A stretch of 64,000 nucleotides of DNA, from the NCBI GenBank assembly GCA_965219955.1, contig OZ244799.1, positions 2,336,001 to 2,400,000 on the forward strand, in the 5' to 3' direction. Both the position numbers and the translations under genes were made by a program. The notes below the pieces were generated by a model. The model saw nothing but the letters and a program-made list of their open reading frames with translations, was not told the origin of the DNA and made no database searches. The DNA is from a bacterium (lineage in GTDB: Bacteria > UBA8248). Below are positions 38,408 to 48,310 of the stretch, one piece after another (positions within the stretch are counted from its first letter, which is position 1; each line of letters begins with the position of its first letter).

Positions 38408-39616
38408 CTATCTCGGATACCTGAACTTCGCGTTCGCCACGCTCTTCGGACCCACCGTCTTGCGCTTTCCGTCCTGCACCTGGAACAAAACGATGGCGCT
38501 GGCCGCGTTCATGTTGCGCTTGTCGAACTTCACGGGGCCGAAGAAAGTTTTCAAGTCGGTGTTCGCAATCGCGTCGCGAACCTTTTTCTTGTCCAGCGTG
38601 CCTGCCGCCTCGATTGCCTTCTGGGCGACGATACCCGCAGTCGTCGACGCCGCGGCGACGTAGTCCGGCTCCTGATTGAACTTGGCGCGCCAGATTTTCC
38701 CGAAGTCCCGCGCCGAGCCGATGAAGCTGCCCTTGTAATCGAGCGCCTCACCCCACCAGGCGGCGGTCAGGATGTTGTTGGCCGTGCCTTTGAGCGATTC
38801 CGTGAACTGCGCGTATACCGGACCCACCATGGTGAACAGGATTTTGGGCTTCACTCCCAACTCGTTCGCCTGCTTGGTGGCGAGGAGGGTGTCGGGAAGA
38901 TAGCCGGCCACCATGAGCACGTCGGGATTCTTACCCTTCACGATCGTGAGCCAGGTGGACATGTCCTTCGAATCCTTGGGGAACTCGGCGTAGTAGACGT
39001 CCGTGAAGCCTTGTTTTTTCGCCGCCGACCTGATCGTCTTCGTAATGGCGCGCGGGAAAAAGTCGTTGCGCGTCACGAACGCGATGGTCTTCGGCATCGG
39101 CTCTTGCTCTTTCAAGAGCGTCAGGAAGTTGTTCGGCAAATACGAATTCGGCGCCAGAAGTCCGAAGAGGTATTTGTAGCCCTGGTCGAAAATCGGCTCG
39201 GAACTCGCCACGGGCGCGATGAGGGGAACCTGATAGCGCTCCGTGATCGCGGCGACGGATTTCGTCGCACCGCTTCCGAACGGGCCAAGCAGGAGGTCCA
39301 CCTTTTCCTTGGTGATGAGCCGCTCGGCGAGCTTGGTGGCCGTCGGCGTCTTGCTCTCGTAGTCGTAGTAGACGATCTTCACTTTCATCTTCTTGCCGCC
39401 TACGTTGATGCCGCCCGCCTTGTTCACGCGCTCGCGCCAGATTTCATAGCCCGCCTGCTGCTTTTTCCCCTCGGTGGCGAGCGGACCCGTGAGCGGCAAG
39501 GCGGCGCCGAATTTAATCTCCGCCGCCTGGGCGCCGTCCAGGCCCTGCAGGCCCGTCACGCCGAACGTGACAAACAAGACTGCTGCGATGAGAAACAACA
39601 GATTCCGCCTTCTCAT
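38408..39616 (-). CDS. Branched-chain amino acid-type (LivJ/K-like) ABC substrate-binding protein
   Basis: Signal peptide; GAALPLTG, VNKAGGI and LLGPFGS motifs; GAGGAG RBS. Confidence 0.9.
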   Translation of the reverse strand: MRRRNLLFLIAAVLFVTFGVTGLQGLDGAQAAEIKFGAALPLTGPLATEGKKQQAGYEIWRERVNKAGGINVGGKKMKVKIVYYDYESKTPTATKLAERLITKEKVDLLLGPFGSGATKSVAAITERYQVPLIAPVASSEPIFDQGYKYLFGLLAPNSYLPNNFLTLLKEQEPMPKTIAFVTRNDFFPRAITKTIRSAAKKQGFTDVYYAEFPKDSKDMSTWLTIVKGKNPDVLMVAGYLPDTLLATKQANELGVKPKILFTMVGPVYAQFTESLKGTANNILTAAWWGEALDYKGSFIGSARDFGKIWRAKFNQEPDYVAAASTTAGIVAQKAIEAAGTLDKKKVRDAIANTDLKTFFGPVKFDKRNMNAASAIVLFQVQDGKRKTVGPKSVANAKFRYPR

Positions 39617-39713
39617 GATTCGTCTCCTCATTAAGTGAGTGCTGCCTCTTCCGTTTACGGTTCTCACACGATATTCGCACAAGTTGATTACAGACAGATT
39701 ATATGAAAACCGG

Positions 39714-40454
39714 CTAGATGCCCAGATACGCCTTTTTCACCTCCGGATTCGCCAGCAGTTCATCCGACGTGCCGGAAATCGTCACGCGCCCGGTTTCAAA
39801 AACATACGCCCGGCTCGCGAGTTCGAACGCGGTGAGCACGTCCTGCTCCACCAGGATGATGGCGACGCCCTCCTCGTTTATCTGCCGGACGAATCCGCAC
39901 AACTCCTCCACCAGCCTGGGCGCAAGGCCCAGGGAAAGTTCATCGATCAGGAGCAGCCTCGGACGCGCCATCAGCCCCCGGGCAATCGCGCACATCTGCT
40001 GCTCGCCGCCGGACATGCTCCCCGCAAGCTGGGATTTACGTTCCGCCAGCCGCGGGAAGAATCCGTACACCCTCTCCAAATCCGCCGCCAGTTCATAATC
40101 GGCCAGCCCCCGGGCATAAGCGCCCATCAGGAGATTCTCCTCCACGCTCATCGCGGCGAAGAGCCTGCGGCCCTCGGGCACGTGGGAAATCCCCTTGGCG
40201 ACGATGCCCTCCGGCGCCATCCCCCCGATGGACTCACCACCAAGCGTTATCGCGCCCGCCCGATGAGGGAGAACGCCCGACAGCATACGCAGGAACGTGG
40301 ACTTGCCGACGCCGTTGCTGCCGACGATGGCGACGATCTCACCTTCGTTCACGCGCAGATCGATACCCCACAGAACCTGAACGTCGTCATACCCACCCGC
40401 CAGGCCGCTTACCTCCAGGAGGCTCGCTCCGTCTTGAGATGCGCCCGTCGCCAC
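39714..40454 (-). CDS. LivF-like ABC ATP-binding protein
   Basis: GSNGVGKST, VPEGRRLF, MSGGEQQM and DELSLGLAP motifs. Confidence 0.92.
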   Translation of the reverse strand: MATGASQDGASLLEVSGLAGGYDDVQVLWGIDLRVNEGEIVAIVGSNGVGKSTFLRMLSGVLPHRAGAITLGGESIGGMAPEGIVAKGISHVPEGRRLFAAMSVEENLLMGAYARGLADYELAADLERVYGFFPRLAERKSQLAGSMSGGEQQMCAIARGLMARPRLLLIDELSLGLAPRLVEELCGFVRQINEEGVAIILVEQDVLTAFELASRAYVFETGRVTISGTSDELLANPEVKKAYLGI

Positions 40455-40456
40455 CT

Positions 40457-41224
40457 CTAGGACTCCTCGTCCAGTTTTTTCATCATCGCCACGTATTTCT
40501 CACCCAGATAGGCCTTGATGACCTGCTCGTCACTCGTCACCTCGCGCGGCAAACCTTCCGCTATCTTCTCCCCGTGGTGCAGGACGATGACGCGATCCGA
40601 GAGGTCCGTGATCACCTTCATCAAGTGCTCGATCACCAGGATGGTCACGCCCTGCTCCCTCACCTTGTGGATGAGGGAGATGGCGTTCTCGATTTCCATC
40701 GTGTTGAGACCCGCATTCACCTCGTCCAGCAGCAACACTTCCGGCTCCGTGGCGAGGGACTTGGCGAATTCCAGGCGTTTTCTCTCGGCGAGCGTGAGCT
40801 GGGAGGCGAGTTGCGCCGACTTATCGCTCAAGCCCACGAACGCCAGCATCTCATCGGCGAGTTCCTGGGCGCGCTTCACCTCCTTTTTCGACTTCTGGGA
40901 GCCGAACAGCGCGCCCATCACCACGTTCTCGCGTACCGCGAGGCCTGCGAAAGGCTGGACGATCTGAAACGTCCGTGCGACTCCCTTACGTGTGATGGCG
41001 TGGGGTTTCATGGTTTCTATGCGCTCGCCGCGAAACAGAATCTCCCCCTCGTTCGCCGGGTCGAGACCCGTGATGCAATTGAGGAGTGTCGTTTTCCCCG
41101 CGCCGTTGGGGCCGATGACGCCCAGGATTTCTCCCTTGCGCACGGTGAAATCGACCGCCGAGACGGCGGTGAGTCCGCCGAAGCGCTTCGTGACGCCCCT
41201 GCCTTCTAAAAGTGTTTCGCTCAC
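40457..41224 (-). CDS. LivG-like ABC ATP-binding protein
   Basis: FGGLTAV, GPNGAGKTT, ARTFQ and AYLG motifs; GTG start overlaps the upstream stop. Confidence 0.9.
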   Translation of the reverse strand: MSETLLEGRGVTKRFGGLTAVSAVDFTVRKGEILGVIGPNGAGKTTLLNCITGLDPANEGEILFRGERIETMKPHAITRKGVARTFQIVQPFAGLAVRENVVMGALFGSQKSKKEVKRAQELADEMLAFVGLSDKSAQLASQLTLAERKRLEFAKSLATEPEVLLLDEVNAGLNTMEIENAISLIHKVREQGVTILVIEHLMKVITDLSDRVIVLHHGEKIAEGLPREVTSDEQVIKAYLGEKYVAMMKKLDEES

Positions 41225-42204
41225 ACCTTGAACCTCTGTATGTTGCTCTTGAGAATCATCCCCAACGACCCCCACCCGCGGCTCTTCACTTCCTGGGAGA
41301 CGGCCATCAGGCCGCGCGGGAGGAACAAGACGACCAGCACGATGATGATTCCCAGGAACGCGCTATGGAATTCCGTGAACGCTCCCCAGAGGTAGTCCGA
41401 GAGGTATTCCATCATCAGCGCGCCCACGAGCGGACCCATCACCGTCCCCACTCCGCCGAGCATCGACATCACGATCGCCTTGATGGAGAACAAGACGTCG
41501 AAAACGTCGATGGGCTCCAGAAACGCGGCGCGGTAGGCGTATACGCCGCCGCCCATCGCGGGAAAGATGGATGAGAGCACGAAGGCGATGATCTTGTATT
41601 TCGTCGTATCCACGCCCGTCATGGCCGCCGCGTCTTCGTTCTCGCGGATGGCGACGAGGCCGTAGCCCAGGCGGTGCCGCGTGACGAAGTACTGCGTCAG
41701 GACGGCGAGCACGGCTACCCCGAGCATCGAGAAATAGAAAAAGCGCGTGAAGTAATCCGGCCCGCCCGTAATCTGGGGCAGGTTGATGCCGTCTCCCCCG
41801 CCGGTGATGCGCAGGTTATCCGCCAGCTCGCGGAAGAATTCCGCCACGCCGAACGTGGCGATGGCGAAGTAGTGCCCCCTCAGCCTCAATATGGGAACGC
41901 CCAGGGCGAGCGCCACGAGCGCGCCCAGACAGGCGCCGATACCCAGCGTGATGAAAAAATTGAACCCGGCGTTCATGAGGATGGCCGTCGTGTACGCCCC
42001 CAGCCCGAAAAAGGCGGCCGGCGCGAAGGAGGGATAGCCCGTCAGCCCGCCGATGAAGTTCCAGCTCGTCGCCAGGATGGCCACCATCAGGATGTCCATC
42101 CACTTCCTGATCTCGTCGTTTTCCACGAAAGAGGGCAAGAGGATGAGGGCGAGCAAGCCCGCTCCCATGCCCAGCCATTGAATGTGGGACCAGGGTCTGA
42201 ACAT
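41221..42204 (-). CDS. LivM-like ABC permease
   Basis: LRLRGHYFAIAT, AIRENE.AA and LGGVGT..GP motifs. Confidence 0.9.
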   Translation of the reverse strand: MFRPWSHIQWLGMGAGLLALILLPSFVENDEIRKWMDILMVAILATSWNFIGGLTGYPSFAPAAFFGLGAYTTAILMNAGFNFFITLGIGACLGALVALALGVPILRLRGHYFAIATFGVAEFFRELADNLRITGGGDGINLPQITGGPDYFTRFFYFSMLGVAVLAVLTQYFVTRHRLGYGLVAIRENEDAAAMTGVDTTKYKIIAFVLSSIFPAMGGGVYAYRAAFLEPIDVFDVLFSIKAIVMSMLGGVGTVMGPLVGALMMEYLSDYLWGAFTEFHSAFLGIIIVLVVLFLPRGLMAVSQEVKSRGWGSLGMILKSNIQRFKV

Positions 42205-42205
42205 G

Positions 42206-43081
42206 CTATTCGAAACCCTTTCTGCCCAGCAGGCCCGATGGCTTGATGAAGAGCACGAGAATCAAAAGCACGTAGCCGATGGCGTTTTGCAGTCCGGGCC
42301 CCAGGTACAGAGCGCCGAAGTTCTCGGCGAGGCCCAGGATCAGCCCTCCCGCCAGCGCCCCCGTGATGTTCCCCAATCCCCCGATGGTGCAGATGATGAA
42401 GGATTTCGAGAGGAACTCCACGTCGCTCACCGGCGAGATGGCGAAACCCACGCTCACGAGAGAACCCGACGTGGCGGCGGCCGCTGCGCCGATTCCATAC
42501 GTGATGGCGTAGATTCTGCCGATGTCGACGCCCATCAACTGGGCGGAATCCAAATCCATCCGCGTCGCCCGTATGGCTCGCCCGGTGCGGGTGCGCCCCA
42601 TGAACCAGAAAAGAATGCTCGTGAGAGCGACACCCAGCACGAATATGGAAATCCGGACGAAGGGGATGGAAAGCCCCATGAACGGGATGGAAAAACCCGC
42701 ATAGGAGGGCTGAACCGACCTGAAATCACCGGTGAAGAAATATATCGCGAGTCTCACGATGAGCAACTGAAGGCCGAAGGTGAGAATCAGGGACATGAAC
42801 ATGGGCGCGCGTACGATCTTGTTGATCAGTCCGCGCTGCACCGCGTAGCCGGCGCAGAACATGGCGACGGCCGAAACGGGAAGGGACAAGAACGGATCCA
42901 CGCCGTAGAGCTTGAACATCCAGAACGTGACGTAGCCGCCCAGCATCAGGAACGTGCCGTGCAGGATGTTGAGGATGTTCATCACGCCCCAGACGAGCGA
43001 GAAGCCGACCGCGATGCAGGCGTAGATGCCTCCCAGGAGAATGCTGTTAATCAGAATCTGGCCATAAACCATATATCTCAC
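42206..43081 (-). CDS. LivH-like ABC permease
   Basis: GFSLVWGVM..LN..HG, GRAIRA and IGGLGN motifs. Confidence 0.9.
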   Translation of the reverse strand: MRYMVYGQILINSILLGGIYACIAVGFSLVWGVMNILNILHGTFLMLGGYVTFWMFKLYGVDPFLSLPVSAVAMFCAGYAVQRGLINKIVRAPMFMSLILTFGLQLLIVRLAIYFFTGDFRSVQPSYAGFSIPFMGLSIPFVRISIFVLGVALTSILFWFMGRTRTGRAIRATRMDLDSAQLMGVDIGRIYAITYGIGAAAAATSGSLVSVGFAISPVSDVEFLSKSFIICTIGGLGNITGALAGGLILGLAENFGALYLGPGLQNAIGYVLLILVLFIKPSGLLGRKGFE

Positions 43082-43103
43082 TCACGGGTTTTATCGCTCG
43101 GCG

Positions 43104-44159
43104 TCAGGTGATGAGCTCCCATTCGCTCGAATACCGATCGAGTTGCGCCGCGCTGTATGGGTCCACATGATGCTCGCGTTCGGGAATCTCGACGTGTTTC
43201 TCCTCACCGCACAAGGCGGTGGTGAAATAACGCTGTCCGGTGTCGTTGATGTTCGTGACGATGTTGGCCAGTTCGGGGTGCCTGCGGGCCAGCTTGACGG
43301 CGGCCGCCACGTTGCACCCCGAGGAGATGCCGCAGAAAATCCCCTCCTCGCGCGCGAGGCGCTGCGCCATCTCGACCGACTCATCCGTCGTCGTCGTCAC
43401 GATGCCGGTGAGCAGCGACAAGTCGAGCGCCCTGGGCACGAAGCCGTCCCCGATGCCCTCGATGCCGTGCGGCCCCCAGCCTCGCTCGCTCAGGAGCGGA
43501 CACTCCTGAGGCTCCACGGCGTAGAGCTTCACGTCGGGGTTGTCCTCGCGCAGGAATTTCCCCACGCCGCTCACCCAGCCGCCCGTTCCCTGCGACGCTA
43601 CGACGGCGTCGACGCGCCCGTCCAGCTGCTCGAAAATCTCGGGTCCCGTCGTGAGATAATGCGCTTCGTTGTTGTCGAGGTTGTCGAACTGGGCGGGAAC
43701 CCAGAATTTCCCGGGGGATGCTGCGCGGATTTCATCGAGTTTATCGAGCGCCAGGTCGACGTCGCTCTCCCCACCCGGCGTGAACACCAAATCGGCCCCG
43801 TAGGCGCGCATGAGCTTTTTTCGCTCATCGCTCATGCCCTCGGGCATGACGACGATGCAGGAATAACCCTTCACCGCGGATACGAACGCGCAGGCGATGC
43901 CTGCGTTGCCGGTAGAGCATTCGAGCACCGTCATGCCGGCCCTCAGGCTGCCGCGCTCCTCCGCTTTCAGAATCATGTTGTAGTAGATGCGATCCTTGAG
44001 GCTCCCCGATGGCGAATACCACTCCAGCTTCGCGTAGACCTCGGGGCTTAAGTCCGCCGCCACCTTGTTCAGGCGAACCAGGGGCGTGCCCCCGATGGCG
44101 TCGAAAATGTTTTCCGAATAACGTCTGTAGGAATCCCAGGCTCTTCTTTGAATGCCCAT
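43104..44159 (-). CDS. PLP-dependent cysteine synthase family protein (paralog 1)
   Basis: IGGTPLV, SLKDR (PLP Lys), STGNAG, GTGG, IEGIG and GISSG motifs. Confidence 0.9.
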   Translation of the reverse strand: MGIQRRAWDSYRRYSENIFDAIGGTPLVRLNKVAADLSPEVYAKLEWYSPSGSLKDRIYYNMILKAEERGSLRAGMTVLECSTGNAGIACAFVSAVKGYSCIVVMPEGMSDERKKLMRAYGADLVFTPGGESDVDLALDKLDEIRAASPGKFWVPAQFDNLDNNEAHYLTTGPEIFEQLDGRVDAVVASQGTGGWVSGVGKFLREDNPDVKLYAVEPQECPLLSERGWGPHGIEGIGDGFVPRALDLSLLTGIVTTTTDESVEMAQRLAREEGIFCGISSGCNVAAAVKLARRHPELANIVTNINDTGQRYFTTALCGEEKHVEIPEREHHVDPYSAAQLDRYSSEWELIT

Positions 44160-44189
44160 TTCTTACACCCTAAAAAGGAGGGAAACACC

Positions 44190-45242
44190 TCACTCGATGA
44201 TCTCCCATGAAGTTCTGAATTTCTGGAGCATCATCTCCCTGTCCCCTTCGACGACGTCCTGCAGCGCCTCCTCCATACCCGTCTCGTCAAGACAAAGCGG
44301 TGTGGAGAAATAGCGCTGTCCCGAGTCCCCGAAAATGGTGACGATCCGGCCGACTTCGGGATAGGAGCGAGCGAACTTAATCGCCGCCGCCAGGTTGCAG
44401 CCCGAGGAGATGCCGCAGAAAAGCCCCTCTTCGCGTGAGGCGCGCCTCGCCATGCGCAGCGATTCTTCGGTCGAGGCGGTGATGATGCCGTCGATGATGG
44501 ACAAATCCAGAATGTTGGGAATCAGGCCGTCGCCGATTCCCGCGATGCCGTGTCCGCAGCATACCCCCTCGCTGATCAGGGGCGATTCCGTTGGCTCCAC
44601 GCCGTAGATTTTGAGCCCGGGGTTTTTCTCCCTCAAAAACCGCCCCACGCCCGTGAGCCAGCCACCCGTGCCCACCGCGGCGATGAGCGCATCCACGCGG
44701 CCGTCCAGTTGCTCCCAGATTTCAGGGCCGGAAGTGGTGTAGTGCGTGTCCACGTTGTCCATGTTCTCGAATTCGGCGGGCACCCAGTATTTTTCAGGAT
44801 CGCTCGCGGCAATCTCCTTCATTCGCGCGAGGGCGACGTCCACGTCGCTCTCCCCGCCCGGCGTCGTGACGAGTTCGGCGCCGAATGCGCGAATCATCTT
44901 CTTGCGCTCGGGGCTCATCAGTTCGGGCATGACGATGATGCACGCATATCCCTTGACCGCGGCGGCGGCCGCGCAGGCGATGCCCGCATTGCCGGATGAA
45001 CATTCCAGAATCACCTTGCCGGGCGTCAGCTCCTCCCGCGCCTCGGCGCGTGAGATCATCTGCTCATAGATGCGGTCCTTGAGGCTCCCCGTGGGGGAAT
45101 ACCATTCGATCTTGGCGAAAATCTCGGGCCCCAGCCCTTGTGAGATTCGTCCCAGCTTCACCAGCGGGGTATGGCCCACGACATCGAAAATCGTCTCCGA
45201 AGCCGATGCCAGGCTGTCCCACGTTCTCGATGCTACTTGCAT
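44190..45242 (-). CDS. PLP-dependent cysteine synthase family protein (paralog 2)
   Basis: VGHTPLV, SLKDR, SSGNAG, GTGG, IAGIG and GISSG motifs. Confidence 0.9.
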   Translation of the reverse strand: MQVASRTWDSLASASETIFDVVGHTPLVKLGRISQGLGPEIFAKIEWYSPTGSLKDRIYEQMISRAEAREELTPGKVILECSSGNAGIACAAAAAVKGYACIIVMPELMSPERKKMIRAFGAELVTTPGGESDVDVALARMKEIAASDPEKYWVPAEFENMDNVDTHYTTSGPEIWEQLDGRVDALIAAVGTGGWLTGVGRFLREKNPGLKIYGVEPTESPLISEGVCCGHGIAGIGDGLIPNILDLSIIDGIITASTEESLRMARRASREEGLFCGISSGCNLAAAIKFARSYPEVGRIVTIFGDSGQRYFSTPLCLDETGMEEALQDVVEGDREMMLQKFRTSWEIIE

Positions 45243-45279
45243 TGTGCTGCTCCCGTGAGGCGGCGCGTTATTTCTTGCC

Positions 45280-46236
45280 CTACCCCGCTCTCAGGCGAGG
45301 GATGATTTCCTTCGCCACGATTTCCACCTGTTCCATCTCGTATTTGTAGGGAACGAATATGAGCCGGTCCACACCCGTGTCGACGTGTGCTTGTAGTTGC
45401 GCCACGCACTCATCGACGTTTCCCATGACGGCGCTTTCGGCCGTGGACTCGCTCCAGGAAGCGTAGTCCCATTCGGTGTGGAGCCATTCGTTCATCGGCT
45501 CTTCAATCTGCTCACGCGAGTCACCCACCATGATGGGAAGCTGGTTCGTGCTCTCGAGCGCGGCGGGGTCGCGACCGGCTTCTTCCGCGAAGCGAAGTAC
45601 CTTCTCCCAGGATTTCGTAAAACTCTCGGGCGTATAGAAATAGGTGAGCCAGCCGTCGCCCTTCTCTCCGGCGCGCTTGAGCACACGGTCGACGTAGCCG
45701 CCGATCAAGATGCTCGGCCTCGGGCTTTGCACCGGCTTGGGGAACATGACGGAGTTTCTCAAGTTATATTGCCCGTATTCGGCGCGCACCATGTCCTCGG
45801 TCCACAGCCTCGTGATGATCTCGATGTTCTGGTCCATGATGTTGCCGCGTTTTTCGAAAGGAACGCCCACCGCGTCGAACTCGCGCTTGTACCAGCCAGA
45901 AGCCATGCCGACGATGAGGCGGCCGTTCGATATCTGGTCGATGCTCGAAAGCTGCTTCGCCACGACGAGCGGGTTCCTGAGCGGCAAGACGAGCACGCCC
46001 GTACCGAGTTTGATTCTGCTCGTCCGCGCGGCCACCGCCGTCAGGAGCGTCAGCGACTCGATGATGGGAAAATGCGGCTCCACGCCCAGCAGAATATGAT
46101 CCCACACCCAAAGGGACTCGAAGCCCAACTCCTCCATGGCGACGCCGTATTCGATGAGCGCCTCCGGGTCGGGGAGTTCGGGGTACGCGGTGAAATTCCG
46201 CATGGCGATTCCGTACTTCACGTCTTTTCCTGACAT
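45280..46236 (-). CDS. LLM class flavin-dependent oxidoreductase
   Basis: GFESLWVWDH, LGTGVLVLPLRNP and PKPVQ.P.P motifs. Confidence 0.9.
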   Translation of the reverse strand: MSGKDVKYGIAMRNFTAYPELPDPEALIEYGVAMEELGFESLWVWDHILLGVEPHFPIIESLTLLTAVAARTSRIKLGTGVLVLPLRNPLVVAKQLSSIDQISNGRLIVGMASGWYKREFDAVGVPFEKRGNIMDQNIEIITRLWTEDMVRAEYGQYNLRNSVMFPKPVQSPRPSILIGGYVDRVLKRAGEKGDGWLTYFYTPESFTKSWEKVLRFAEEAGRDPAALESTNQLPIMVGDSREQIEEPMNEWLHTEWDYASWSESTAESAVMGNVDECVAQLQAHVDTGVDRLIFVPYKYEMEQVEIVAKEIIPRLRAG

Positions 46237-46252
46237 GTCGTTTTCCTCGGTC

Positions 46253-47521
46253 TTATTCCGCTCCGCACCAGTCCAGGATGGAGAGCGCCAGCGTTTTCGT
46301 CGCGTCGATCACGTCTTCCACCGCCACCCATTCGTTGTTCGCGTGCATCTGGGTGGTGGGGCCGGGGCCGAAGATCACCGTCGGGATGCCGGCAAAACCG
46401 TTCAGAAAGCGCGTGTCGGCCGCTCCCTGGCGCCCGGATATCTCAGGGGTATTGCCCGACACTTCCTGGTAGGCGTTCGCCACCGTCTTGACAATCGGGT
46501 GTTCGGCGTCGACCGCGGCCGATTCGGCGTAATACCCCACGAAACGCACCTCAGGCGGATGATCCTTCATCCAGGGGTCATCCTTTGCCGCCTGCGCCAC
46601 CTGATCGACCAGGCTCTGTTTCGCCGCATCGTGGTCCTCGCCGGGCACGGTGGCGAGGCTCCCCTTTAACACGCAGGTGTCCGGGAAGGCGCTCGGGAAG
46701 CTGCCCGCCTCCATCGAGCCGACCATGCAGGGAATCGCGTCGATGATCTTGGGATACAGCGGATGGGAGACCGTCTCCAGGCGTTTTTTCTCGAGATCGG
46801 CCACCGCCTGGACGATCTTGTAGCCCAGGTCGATGGCGTTCACGCCCTGATACCTTCGCTGGATGCCCGCCGCCTTTCCGCGCACGAGTATCTCGAACCA
46901 GATTCTTCCGATGCAGCCGGGCTGGATGGCGTTGCCGCTCGTCTCGCAGCAAATCCCTGCATCCGCCGTATAGCCGCGCAAAATGGTGTCGAGCGTGCCG
47001 TGGCCGCTCAACTCCTCATCCACGACGAAATCGAGAATCACGTCTCCTTTGGGCTTAAGCCCCGCCGCCATGAAGCATTTCGCCGCCATGACGATGGCCG
47101 CCACCCCGCTTTTCATGTCCGAGGCGCCGCGCCCGTAGAGGCGGCCGTCCTCGATGTCCGCGGAGAGCGGCCCGTGCTCCCAGGCGTCGGGCGGGCCGTT
47201 GGGGACGGTGTCTGTGTGGCCGTTCATCAGGAGCGACCTGCCGCCGCCCGAACCCTTGAGCACGGCCACCACGTTCGGCCTGCCCTCATACCCCCTCGTG
47301 ACGGGCACGTATTCGGGGTGTTTCTTGAGCTCCTCCCAGTCCGATTCCCAGACGTCCACTTCCAGATTCATCTCGCGGAGATAGTCCGCGATATAGCCCT
47401 GAATCTCCCCCTCATCGCCCGTCACGCTCGGTATCTGCACGAGTCTGGTGAGCAGGGCGATGGTCTCGTCGCGATGGGCATCGACCTGGGCCAGAATTTT
47501 TTCTCTTTGCTCGGTGCTCAT
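46253..47521 (-). CDS. M20 ArgE/DapE family deacylase
   Basis: NGHTDTV, GRGASDMKSG, DEE and H..NEWV motifs. Confidence 0.9.
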   Translation of the reverse strand: MSTEQREKILAQVDAHRDETIALLTRLVQIPSVTGDEGEIQGYIADYLREMNLEVDVWESDWEELKKHPEYVPVTRGYEGRPNVVAVLKGSGGGRSLLMNGHTDTVPNGPPDAWEHGPLSADIEDGRLYGRGASDMKSGVAAIVMAAKCFMAAGLKPKGDVILDFVVDEELSGHGTLDTILRGYTADAGICCETSGNAIQPGCIGRIWFEILVRGKAAGIQRRYQGVNAIDLGYKIVQAVADLEKKRLETVSHPLYPKIIDAIPCMVGSMEAGSFPSAFPDTCVLKGSLATVPGEDHDAAKQSLVDQVAQAAKDDPWMKDHPPEVRFVGYYAESAAVDAEHPIVKTVANAYQEVSGNTPEISGRQGAADTRFLNGFAGIPTVIFGPGPTTQMHANNEWVAVEDVIDATKTLALSILDWCGAE

Positions 47522-47536
47522 GACGGCTCCATGTGG

Positions 47537-48310
47537 TTATGCGGTGTAGACCTTGTCCGGATCCAGATGGCGAAGCGCGGCCAGTTCCTCTTCCGTGGGC
47601 GGCTCCGTGGTCGAGACGGAGGCGTCGATGATGAGTTCGAAGCCCGTGTTCTCCTGCGCCTGCTCGGGCGTGACGCCCGGATGCAGCGCCTCGACGCGCA
47701 TCCGGCCCGTCTCCTCGTCGAACCCCAGAATCGCGAGATCCGTGACCACGCGGTACATGCCGCCTGCTATCAGGCCCGAATCGCGCCTCGATGTTCCGCC
47801 CCTGACGTAGCCGGGGCTGGTGATGAAATCCACGTTCTCCACGAAGCGGCGCTTTTCCTGCGGCATCGCGACGATCATCCTGGTGAGGCTCGAGATGTCG
47901 TTCCCCCCGCCCGTGCCGGGCAGCCGGACGGAAGGATCGTCCGCGCTCCCGATGAAGGAACTGTTCAGGTTGCCGTACTGATCGATCTGGGCGCCCCCCA
48001 TGAAGCCCACGTCCACGTAGCCCCGCTGCAGCAGGAGCAGCACCTCGGTGATGCTCACCAGCATGTTCGCCTTGCGCGTGCAGCGCTGCTCGTTCGTGGT
48101 GGGCGGGAGCTGGCCGGGCACGACGTGCGGGCCGATGGTGCCGCCCTCGAAGAGAATCGTCACGCCGGGAGCATGGAGGCGCTGGGCCAGCGTGGCGGCC
48201 AGAAGCGGAATCCCCACGCCGGCGAAAACCACCTGGCCGTCCTCGAGCGCACGGGCGCTCATGACGCACAAAAGCTCCGACGCCGTGAAGTCTTTCATCT
48301 CAATCGTCAT
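47537..48310 (-). CDS. CoA-transferase subunit B (GctB/CatJ-like)
   Basis: FAGVGIP, FEGG, GGAQIDQYGNLNS and RLPGTGGGND motifs. Confidence 0.88.
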   Translation of the reverse strand: MTIEMKDFTASELLCVMSARALEDGQVVFAGVGIPLLAATLAQRLHAPGVTILFEGGTIGPHVVPGQLPPTTNEQRCTRKANMLVSITEVLLLLQRGYVDVGFMGGAQIDQYGNLNSSFIGSADDPSVRLPGTGGGNDISSLTRMIVAMPQEKRRFVENVDFITSPGYVRGGTSRRDSGLIAGGMYRVVTDLAILGFDEETGRMRVEALHPGVTPEQAQENTGFELIIDASVSTTEPPTEEELAALRHLDPDKVYTA

